From: Candidatus Scalindua sp.
GTDB taxonomy: Bacteria > Planctomycetota > Brocadiia > Brocadiales > Scalinduaceae
Length of the DNA stretch: 32,000 nt
Assembly (NCBI GenBank): GCA_031316235.1
Contig: JALDRA010000001.1
Coordinates: 1,590,001-1,622,000 of the forward strand
Reading direction: 5' to 3'
In this document: in pieces, positions 1 through 7,474 of the stretch
Position numbering within the stretch: the first letter of the stretch is position 1
Layout: every line of letters begins with the position of its first letter
The notes under the pieces: model-generated
The model's input: only the letters and a program-made list of their open reading frames with translations
Told to the model about the DNA's origin: nothing
Databases searched by the model: none
Position numbers and translations under genes: made by a program

Positions 1-383
1 TGCCCAATAATAGTATCCAGGACGACCGAATGTTTGTCTGATTCCCAGAAGACTTCTACCTGTACTGATGTCATCCCTGCTAAAGGGTTGTCTACTGCAA
101 TCGTTGATACCCTCCTATGCAGAGGATGTGCCGTTATCGAACCATAACCTTCTACTGCAGGAATTGGTCCCGGCAACCCTGCATAACCCAACCGTTTAGC
201 CTCTTCCATCTGATCCTGTGCCAGGATTGTTGCAGTGGTCATATTATCACTATTCGAATTTCCCCGTATTACGACTACAACCAGACTCATCACAGCAAAC
301 ATTCCGAGGGTAATGATGACTATGGCTACCATAAGCTCTACCAAAGTAAAGCCTCTATTGTTACCTAATTTGCTGAGCTTCAT
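1..383 (-). CDS. Minor type IV pilin / pseudopilin (PilV/GspI-like), C-terminus runs off the window edge
   Basis: It is absent from the ORF track because it has no stop codon inside the window. Hand translation of the minus strand from the ATG at 383-381 gives MKLSKLGNNRG|FTLVELMVAIVIITLGMFAVMSL. This is a prepilin (class III) signal with Gly-1, Phe+1 and Glu+5 followed by a hydrophobic helix. The frame stays open down to position 3 (...HRRVSTIAVDNPLAGMTSVQVEVFWESDKHSVVLDTIIG). It lies directly downstream of other pilus genes. Confidence 0.8.
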   Translation of the reverse strand, partial: MKLSKLGNNRGFTLVELMVAIVIITLGMFAVMSLVVVVIRGNSNSDNMTTATILAQDQMEEAKRLGYAGLPGPIPAVEGYGSITAHPLHRRVSTIAVDNPLAGMTSVQVEVFWESDKHSVVLDTIIG

Positions 384-412
384 ACTGTCCTTTTTGATTT
401 CATGTAACATAG

Positions 413-871
413 TTACTCTATCTTGACGCGTCCGGTACTGGCAACCTTTACGGTTTCTGTACCGCTAGAATTTTGTAAATTTATGGTAATACCAATAGGC
501 CAACATAATCTCCCCATAGGATCAAAAATAGGAAATTGTGTTGGTACAGGATTAAAGGTTACATCATTATAATCCGTCTTAATATCTTTTGTCGCAATCC
601 ATTCACCGGCATTTTCCACGCCATTATTGTCATCATCATCCAAAATTTGATACCTATGGTTATCTAAAAATATTATTCTAAATCTATTATTTTGCTTAAC
701 TGCCTGCATCCTCGCCCACATAAGGTCGCCCTGTATCTGTCTTGCGGCACCCTTCACCCTGAGCTTTGGTTTAAGGTTGAAATAAGCTGAAAGGGTAATT
801 CCAGCCAAAATTGCAATAATTACGATAGTTGTCAGCAACTCGATAAGGGTAAATCCTTCTTGTTTTTCCAT
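413..871 (-). CDS. GspH/FimT-like minor pseudopilin
   Basis: The ORF spans 413..907 (164 aa). The internal Met at 871 gives MEKQEG|FTLIELLTTIVIIAILAGI, a short leader typical of prepilins. 907 is the alternative start. The segment RVKGAARQIQGDLMWARMQAVKQNNRFRIIF resembles the GspH/FimT domain pattern. Confidence 0.78.
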   Translation of the reverse strand: MEKQEGFTLIELLTTIVIIAILAGITLSAYFNLKPKLRVKGAARQIQGDLMWARMQAVKQNNRFRIIFLDNHRYQILDDDDNNGVENAGEWIATKDIKTDYNDVTFNPVPTQFPIFDPMGRLCWPIGITINLQNSSGTETVKVASTGRVKIE

Positions 872-933
872 TTTTTCCACTATTAACGATGTACCAGAGG
901 GAGACATAAAAAATTAATGGCTCTGGTCTTAAC

Positions 934-2190
934 CTAAAAAGCATCCATTAGTTTGATAAGCGGCATAAAGAGGGCGATAACTATCGTGCCTACAGCTCCA
1001 CCCAGGAACACAATCATTATCGGTTCAATCAAACTTATCATAGCCTCAACGGCAGCATCAATCTCGTTGTCATAATTATCGGCAACTTTCGATAGCATTT
1101 TATCCAGTTCTCCGGATTGTTCTCCTATTTCGATCATATTTACGACCATGGCATCACATACCTTCGATTCACGCAATGCTTTTGCAATGTTTTCACCTTC
1201 ACGGACGCTGTCATGGATATGCTCGATAGCCTTCGTCATTGCCATATTTCCGGAAACTTCCTTTACGTTTTTTAAAGACTCCAAAATGGGTACACCACTG
1301 GAGGTTAACGTAGAGAGGGTCCTTACAAATTTTGAAACAACAGACTTATTAATGAGGTTTCCAAAGACCGGTAACCTGAATTTCAACCGATCAATTACAA
1401 GCCTGCATCTCTTGATCTTTCCAATCAGTTTATATACAATAAAAATGGCAACAGGAACTCCAAAGATTGAATACCAGTGATGTACCATGAAGCTGCTCAG
1501 ATTTACCAGGCCCAGTGTGAGGATTGGCAGGGAGATCTCCATTTCGTCAAACATCTTTGCAAACTGGGGAATTATGAACATCAATATTCCGGATAATATT
1601 GCTAACGCAATAACAACCACGGCAACAGGATATGTCATAGAACCTATGATTTTCTGTTTCAATCTCTGCATTTTCTCCCTGTATGTGGCAAGCCTTGCCA
1701 GAATTACATCAAGTGCGCCTCCAATCTCTCCGGCATTAATAACATTTACATAGAGTTTATCAAATGCCTTCGGATGTTTTGACATAGACTTGGAGAGCGT
1801 ATCACCCCCTTGAATATCCTCTATTATTTGATGCAGTATTTTTTTGAATAAACCCTTCTTTGTTTGCGCTTGGAGAATGGTCAAACTCTGCACTATTGTC
1901 ACACCTGCATTGAGAAGGGTTGAAAGCTGCCTTGTGAAGGTATTTATCTGTTTCGTCTTCACCTTACCTATTGATATTTCAAAATCGAGGAAACCCTTTT
2001 TCTTTTTTCCCCCCCTGGACTTTGTTTTTCCGTTCTCCTTACCCTTGTGTGGACGTATACGTGTAGGATAACAATCTTTATTTCGAATTTTTTCGCTTGC
2101 GTCTTCAATTGACAGGGCTTCAATGAGATCCTTCACTATCTGCCCGTCTTTGTTTACTGCCTCAAATTTGAATGTTTGCATCTTTTTCAC
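934..2190 (-). CDS. Type IV pilus / T2SS inner-membrane platform protein (PilC/GspF family)
   Basis: This 418-aa ORF has a duplicated GspF-type module (FTRQLSTLLNAGVTIVQSL and FVRTLSTLTSSGVPILESL) and hydrophobic transmembrane segments. It sits immediately downstream of the ATPases. Confidence 0.9.
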   Translation of the reverse strand: MKKMQTFKFEAVNKDGQIVKDLIEALSIEDASEKIRNKDCYPTRIRPHKGKENGKTKSRGGKKKKGFLDFEISIGKVKTKQINTFTRQLSTLLNAGVTIVQSLTILQAQTKKGLFKKILHQIIEDIQGGDTLSKSMSKHPKAFDKLYVNVINAGEIGGALDVILARLATYREKMQRLKQKIIGSMTYPVAVVVIALAILSGILMFIIPQFAKMFDEMEISLPILTLGLVNLSSFMVHHWYSIFGVPVAIFIVYKLIGKIKRCRLVIDRLKFRLPVFGNLINKSVVSKFVRTLSTLTSSGVPILESLKNVKEVSGNMAMTKAIEHIHDSVREGENIAKALRESKVCDAMVVNMIEIGEQSGELDKMLSKVADNYDNEIDAAVEAMISLIEPIMIVFLGGAVGTIVIALFMPLIKLMDAF

Positions 2191-2270
2191 CTAACAATAA
2201 AATGTTATAAAAATTTTTTTGGAAGAATGAACTCAATTTACAACAGACATTACAATGATTAAAATACCCC

Positions 2271-3989
2271 CTATACACAGCATGTTTCCTTCACAATTTC
2301 TTCCACGGTCGTTAAACCATTATATGCTGCGTTGAGGCCGGCATCCCTCAGGGTATTCATCCCGTTTTCTTTAGCCTTTTCTCTTAATACCTCCGTAGAG
2401 GATTGTTGAATTATGTAGCTGCGGATTTCCTCATCTATGATCATTATTTCAAGAATCGACATTCTTCCTTTAAAGCCTGTTCCGTTACAGTTTTGACAAC
2501 CACTCCCTTTAAAAAATTGCTTATCCTGCAACTCACGTTCTGAGATTTTGAGATCTTCGAGAACATTCCGGTCTGGCTGGTATTCTTCCTTACACTCTGT
2601 GCATATCTTCCTCACTAATCTCTGGCTGATAACGGCAAGAAGGGATGCGGTAATAAGATAGGGTTTGACATCCATGTCTATTAACCTCGTTATGGTAGAA
2701 GGAGCATCATTTGTGTGTAATGTGCTGAATACAAGATGCCCTGTCAGTGATGCCTGTATCGCTATTTCCAAAGTTTCCAGGTCCCTTATCTCTCCGATCA
2801 GTATAATGTCCGGGTCTTGTCTTAAAATTGCCCGAAGGCTGTTCGCAAATGTTACCCCTATCTCATGATTAACCTGTATCTGCATAATCCCCTCGACATC
2901 ATATTCAACAGGATCCTCAGTCGTAATGATCTTTACTCCGGGTTCATTTATATAATTAAGCGCTGAATATAATGTAGTTGTCTTACCTGATCCCGTAGGC
3001 CCCGTGATCAAGACAATGCCATTCGGACTCTTCATCAGTTTCTGAATCGTGCTGATATCATCAGGCATTATACCCAGTTGCGTTAAGTCTAGAGAAGTTG
3101 ACTGTTTATCGAGCACCCTCATGACAATACTTTCTCCGTATTTCGTAGGCAATGTGGAAACGCGTATATCAACAGAGTTCCCTCTGATATTAATCATAAT
3201 GCGTCCATCCTGTGGTAATCTTCTCTCCGCTATGTCCATTTCGGCAAGAACCTTAATCCTTGACACAATACCGTTTGTAAAACTGGCAGGCACGGGAATC
3301 TTTTCAACTAATTGGCCGTCAATTCTATACCGTACTCTAAAATTGTTTTCAAAGGTTTCCAAATGAATATCACTTGCATGGTCAATTACCGCTTGCAAAA
3401 GTATCATGTTAACAAAAGTCTTCACAGGCGCATCATTGGCCAGCTCTTTAAGTTGTTCGATGTCTATTGTTTCTCTGTTATCAGTAATTTTGACATGAGA
3501 ATCATTATATTTAAAATCACCGAGCAATTCCTCAACGGATTCAAAATTTCCAGGATAATACTTTTCCAAGGCATCTGCTACTTCATCTTTAGGAGCAACA
3601 ACTGGCTTAATCTCTTTTTGTAACAAAAACCGGAGAATATCTATCTGCTCAATATTAAGTGCATATTCCTGAGCTATGGTGAGGAAAGAATCATCATAGG
3701 CTATCGGGATCACCCGGTATAGTTTGGCAATAGCCGGTGAGATTTTCTCCAATACATCAGGTTTCAGATCTATATCTTCAAGGCTGACAACCTCCATATC
3801 CAGAAACTCACCTAACGCCTCTGTAATCAAAACATCTGTTGTATAATCAAGGTCGACTAATACATTTCCCAACCCCTTACCGTTTATTTTCTGAATCTCA
3901 AGAGCTTCCTCTATCTGGTCTTGATTTACAACTCCCTTTTCTACCAATATTTTCCCAAATAGTTTTCTTTGTGCTTTCGTTGAACTCAT
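2271..3989 (-). CDS. GspE/PilB-family secretion/pilus assembly ATPase (paralog 1) with N-terminal T2SSE_N/MshEN-like domain
   Basis: This is a 572-aa ORF. Motifs are Walker A GPTGSGKTTT, Walker B region DPDIILIGEIRD, His box STLHTNDA and a tetracysteine motif CTEC...CQNC. The N-terminus is KLFGKILVEKGVVNQDQIEEALEIQ followed by GLGNVLVDLDYTTDVLITEALGEF. Confidence 0.9.
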   Translation of the reverse strand: MSSTKAQRKLFGKILVEKGVVNQDQIEEALEIQKINGKGLGNVLVDLDYTTDVLITEALGEFLDMEVVSLEDIDLKPDVLEKISPAIAKLYRVIPIAYDDSFLTIAQEYALNIEQIDILRFLLQKEIKPVVAPKDEVADALEKYYPGNFESVEELLGDFKYNDSHVKITDNRETIDIEQLKELANDAPVKTFVNMILLQAVIDHASDIHLETFENNFRVRYRIDGQLVEKIPVPASFTNGIVSRIKVLAEMDIAERRLPQDGRIMINIRGNSVDIRVSTLPTKYGESIVMRVLDKQSTSLDLTQLGIMPDDISTIQKLMKSPNGIVLITGPTGSGKTTTLYSALNYINEPGVKIITTEDPVEYDVEGIMQIQVNHEIGVTFANSLRAILRQDPDIILIGEIRDLETLEIAIQASLTGHLVFSTLHTNDAPSTITRLIDMDVKPYLITASLLAVISQRLVRKICTECKEEYQPDRNVLEDLKISERELQDKQFFKGSGCQNCNGTGFKGRMSILEIMIIDEEIRSYIIQQSSTEVLREKAKENGMNTLRDAGLNAAYNGLTTVEEIVKETCCV

Positions 3990-4001
3990 TTTCTTGTTTT
4001 C

Positions 4002-5693
4002 CTAATTGACAGCCACCCTCATCACTTCTTCCAGAGATGTTGTTTTATTTCGTACCAATCTCAACCCATCTTCCTTCAACGTAGTCATGCCATTTTCACG
4101 TGCAATCTTCCTTAATTCATCAATGCTCGCTTTGCCGTGAATTGCCTTTCTTAAATCCGGAGTTATACACATAAGCTCCAGGATAAGAGCTCTGCCACTG
4201 TAACCTGTTTGACCGCAACTGTCACAACCTGATCCGTAACAGATTTCATTACTTCCAAAACTATCTATGTTCAAACCCATTACCGTCAATATGTCTTCTG
4301 TAATTCTGTATGACACCTTACATTTAGGACAGAGCACTCTCACCAGCCGTTGAGCGGCTATTGCCTGAAGAGATGATGCTATTAAAAATGGTTTAATTCC
4401 CATGTCTGTGAGTCTCGTTATCGCTGAAGGTGCATCATTTGTATGTAGTGTACTTAAGACGAAATGTCCTGTTAATGCTGATGTAACTGCAATTTCTGCA
4501 GTTTCAACATCCCGCATTTCTCCTATGACTATAGTGTTAGGATCCTGGCGGAGAATAGAACGAAGCACACGCGGAAACGTTAAACCTATCCTGCTATTTA
4601 CTTCACACTGGTTAACCCCCGCAAGGGTATATTCAATCGGGTCCTCTACGGTAATTATTTTTTTGTGTACATCATTCATCTCATTAAGGGCTGCATACAG
4701 TGTCGTAGATTTCCCGCTACCTGTTGGGCCCGTGATCAATACAATACCATTAGGAAGCTTTAACGATTTCTTGAAGTTACCATAATCACGTTTCGAAAAT
4801 CCCATGTTGCCTAGATTCATATATGATGTTGATTTTTCCAGAAGCCTCATTACAATACTCTCTCCGCAAGTTGTCGGTATGGTACTCACTCTTACATCAA
4901 TAGACTTCCCATCAACAACCAGATTTATTCTCCCATCGAGAGGTTTCCTTTTTTCTGTAATATCCATGTCTGCAAGTATCTTTATCCTGGAAACCTGTGC
5001 GTCATGAAACCTTTTTGGTATCGAATGAGTCTCTTTACATACACCATCTATCCGGTGTCGAATTCGAACTCGATCTGCCAATGGTTCGATATGAATGTCG
5101 CTGGCCCTCGCCTTGGTCGCTTCAGTCAAGATAGAGGAAACCAGTTTAACGATAGGTGAATCAATTTTTTCCTCTGCTCCTTTAATTTTGGCATAAATTT
5201 TTGTGGACTCGCCGACTGTCTCTGCCAACCCTTCGTACAGACCATCAAAAACAAACTGTTCCTCGTTCTCATAATATTTCTTAATTGACTTTTCTATATT
5301 ATCATGTGTGGCAAGCACACACTTTACCTCCATATTCAGGGTAAAACGTAAATCATCTGACATGCCCAGATCAAGCGGGTTTTTTGTTGCTACCGTAAGC
5401 GAACCTTTGTCTTTTTCAATGGGAAAAATGTGATATTTTTTTGCCACATCTTTTGGTAGCGCTTTTATTGCATTGTCAGAAATAACAATTTCGAGCGGAT
5501 TTACTATTCTTAAATCAAATTGTTCCGAAAGAGCAAGTAAAATAACGTCTGAATCTACATATCCCAACCTTTTTATTGCCTCATCTAACCTGATTGACAA
5601 TTTATTTTTTAAGGCCAGGGCTTTCTTTAACTGTTCTTCAGTTATTGCTCCTTTTTCCCTGAGTATCTGTCCTAGTGTTTTTTGTGAAAGCAT
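4002..5693 (-). CDS. GspE/PilB-family secretion/pilus assembly ATPase (paralog 2) with N-terminal T2SSE_N/MshEN-like domain
   Basis: This is a 563-aa ORF. Motifs are Walker A GPTGSGKSTT, DPNTIVIGEMRD, STLHTNDA and a tetracysteine motif CPKC...CDSC. The N-terminus is TLGQILREKGAITEEQLKKALALK followed by RLDEAIKRLGYVDSDVILLALSEQ. Confidence 0.9.
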   Translation of the reverse strand: MLSQKTLGQILREKGAITEEQLKKALALKNKLSIRLDEAIKRLGYVDSDVILLALSEQFDLRIVNPLEIVISDNAIKALPKDVAKKYHIFPIEKDKGSLTVATKNPLDLGMSDDLRFTLNMEVKCVLATHDNIEKSIKKYYENEEQFVFDGLYEGLAETVGESTKIYAKIKGAEEKIDSPIVKLVSSILTEATKARASDIHIEPLADRVRIRHRIDGVCKETHSIPKRFHDAQVSRIKILADMDITEKRKPLDGRINLVVDGKSIDVRVSTIPTTCGESIVMRLLEKSTSYMNLGNMGFSKRDYGNFKKSLKLPNGIVLITGPTGSGKSTTLYAALNEMNDVHKKIITVEDPIEYTLAGVNQCEVNSRIGLTFPRVLRSILRQDPNTIVIGEMRDVETAEIAVTSALTGHFVLSTLHTNDAPSAITRLTDMGIKPFLIASSLQAIAAQRLVRVLCPKCKVSYRITEDILTVMGLNIDSFGSNEICYGSGCDSCGQTGYSGRALILELMCITPDLRKAIHGKASIDELRKIARENGMTTLKEDGLRLVRNKTTSLEEVMRVAVN

Positions 5694-6033
5694 GAGGTAT
5701 TTTAATTATTACCCAAATGTCTACAATTTTTCAAAAAGTGAGGTAAAATTCACAGAAGATCTGGTTTTCTCTGTAACGAGTTATGATCCAGAGAGAGAAA
5801 AAAACTGTCAAATGAGGAATTTTGCAACTGTTTACAGCCCTATTGAGTTTTCTGTCTTCGCTACGCTAAAAACATTAACCTTCATAACCACAATAACTTG
5901 CAATAATTTTTATTGCCAGGACAGGATAAACCGTCTGAATTATTACCAATACAAAATACGTACCAGCAGGTAAAATATCGATACTCTTTGCAAAAAATAT
6001 TATCGGTAAAAGTTTATAACTATTTATTGATTA

Positions 6034-6053
6034 ATTAGTGGTTGAACGGAAAC
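6034..6053 (+). repeat. Single-unit copy of the recurrent intergenic motif (ATTAGTGGTTGAACGGAAAC)
   Basis: By hand alignment it matches 18 of 20 positions of the reverse complement of 15741-15760 (ATTAGTGCCTGAACGGAAAC). It is intergenic, about 340 nt upstream of the pilus ATPase operon start. Confidence 0.5.
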
Positions 6054-6494
6054 TGGGTACAGGAGTATTGAAAATTTCCTGTATCAAATGGTGAATGGGC
6101 TCACCAATCAGAGAAAGAAGTGAATACTGTTGGTTTTCGTTACAGGAAAATATTGGCAGATGGTAACTTGTCTTCAGACCTCAAAAGAGAGATATATTTC
6201 TCACAACAGCGAAGTGTACCAGAAAACAGATGTTGAAAGGTCAGTTACATGTGGCAGAGGTTGGTTTTTGAAGGTGAAAATGTATATTGGAGCAGTTCCG
6301 ATTGTAAACGATCGGGCACTATAACCAGGTGAAAAATGAAAGTAACTCTGGGTAAACCCCTGGAAGTTCAGAAATTTTCCGCATACACCCACCTATCGCC
6401 TTTATGATCAGATGAAAGCCACAACTTCAATCAGCTTTAGAATCAAAAGGTTCTGTCAGGTTAAAATTCTTGCGTTTGATGGAAACGAAAAAAT

Positions 6495-6836
6495 CTATTT
6501 TTTAACAACTTTTTTAGCTGGTGCTTTTTTCACTACGGTCTTCTTGGGAGTGGCGGTTTTTTTGACGACTACGGGTTTTTTCGCAGGTGTCGCCTTCTTC
6601 GTTAAGACAGCCTTTTTCCCATTTTCCGCCAGAATTTCTTTAATTTCTTCGCTCATTTTTCCACAGATTTCTTCCCCGGATTCAGAAACATTTTTTCTCA
6701 AATTTTCCAAATCCAAGCGAAATTCGTAAAACTTTGCATCAAGTTCAACCTTTATTTCTTTAAAACGGTCAGAAATTAACTCGTTGATTTTATCTACTAC
6801 AACATGTTGAAAATATTGTTCTAATACCGCGCTCAT
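6495..6836 (-). CDS. Small coiled-coil protein with histone H1-like Lys/Ala/Pro-rich C-terminal tail (putative nucleoid/DNA-binding protein)
   Basis: This is a 113-aa ORF. The N-terminal ~75 aa are amphipathic and heptad-like (FKEIKVELDAKFYEFRLDLENLRKNV). The C-terminal tail is KKATPAKKPVVVKKTATPKKTVVKKAPAKKVVKK. The plus-strand ORF 6412..6729 is its antisense shadow. Confidence 0.65.
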   Translation of the reverse strand: MSAVLEQYFQHVVVDKINELISDRFKEIKVELDAKFYEFRLDLENLRKNVSESGEEICGKMSEEIKEILAENGKKAVLTKKATPAKKPVVVKKTATPKKTVVKKAPAKKVVKK

Positions 6837-6943
6837 AGTAACACCTGCCTTTCACAAAAAGGATTAAAGAGCATGACAATACACTGCCAAACAAATACCA
6901 TATATAGATTATTAACTTATATTTTTGTCTATATATAGTATTA

Positions 6944-7474
6944 TCAAACATTTTGCAAGTATTTTTTTGAATACTGTTTATCACTGGAGATAATATTCTC
7001 AATAAAATCAAGGGCCTTGCTTATATCAAAATCAGAGAAATGCCCTTTTATCGTGCCTTCCATACATAGCGATAATTCATTATTGCCCGTCTCTTTTTTA
7101 ATTTTGTTAAATTCAAGCGAATCCAGAATCTTAATCTTTCTGACACCTTCTCCTCTATATCCTTCGATAAGAACAATATTTACATCATTAAAATACCTTT
7201 CAAGTATCTCATCTATTCTGGGCAAAACTTCAGATCTCTTCACGACAGCAATCTGATCATGTGAGGAGATACCTACCGTGTCTGCTCCCGAATGAAAATA
7301 TTTGTAGGTATCCTTATGCTCATGATCAATCTCCAGTTTCCGAATGTTGTATTTGAAGGTTCCGACTCTATATCCGTTTTTCTTCAACTTCGGAATCAGC
7401 TCACTTATTAATGTGGTCTTGCCAACATTCTGCTTCCCAACAATTGATACGACTGCTACGCTTTTAAAATTCAT
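6944..7474 (-). CDS. mobB: Molybdopterin-guanine dinucleotide biosynthesis adapter protein MobB
   Basis: The ORF extends to 7570, but the Met at 7474 gives MNFKSVAVVSIVGKQNVGKTTL, with the P-loop at the extreme N-terminus as in MobB. EIDHEHKDTYKY and NIVLIEGYR follow, matching the MobB pattern. This start overlaps the stop of the upstream gene (7464-7466) by 11 nt. Confidence 0.8.
   Translation of the reverse strand: MNFKSVAVVSIVGKQNVGKTTLISELIPKLKKNGYRVGTFKYNIRKLEIDHEHKDTYKYFHSGADTVGISSHDQIAVVKRSEVLPRIDEILERYFNDVNIVLIEGYRGEGVRKIKILDSLEFNKIKKETGNNELSLCMEGTIKGHFSDFDISKALDFIENIISSDKQYSKKYLQNV

Noticed and set aside
117-426. Plus-strand ORFs 117..368 (83 aa) and 235..426 (63 aa)
   Set aside because: They are antisense to the clearly supported prepilin gene (1..383, minus), with Cys/His/Tyr-rich odd composition and no RBS. 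I treat them as shadow ORFs.
1148-5007. Multiple plus-strand ORFs of 60-127 aa inside the pilC and ATPase genes (for example 1148..1480, 3049..3366, 4402..4785)
   Set aside because: All are antisense shadows of long, motif-rich minus-strand genes, and none has recognisable motifs.
5473-5973. 166-aa plus-strand ORF running from inside the ATPase gene into the intergenic gap
   Set aside because: Its first third is antisense to a well-supported CDS. The remainder has low-complexity, AT-driven composition (N/F/Y/S-rich) with no start context.
6130-6392. ORFs 6130..6324 (+) and 6201..6392 (-) in the 800-bp gap
   Set aside because: They overlap each other on opposite strands, lack an RBS and have atypical composition. 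The region is more likely non-coding, and it is reported as a finding instead.
5694-6494. c-di-GMP riboswitch (GEMM-type) upstream of the pilus operon
   Set aside because: I looked for one because pilus operons often carry them. I found no GGCAAACC...ACGCAAAGC-type conserved core on the minus strand. A covariance-model scan would be needed to be certain.
6412-7011. ORFs 6412..6729 (+, 105 aa, F/L/T-rich) and 6790..7011 (-, 73 aa)
   Set aside because: The first is the antisense mirror of the Lys-rich tail gene (AAA/AAG codons read as TTT/CTT). The second spans the AT-rich mobB-to-H1-like intergenic region and overlaps both neighbours.
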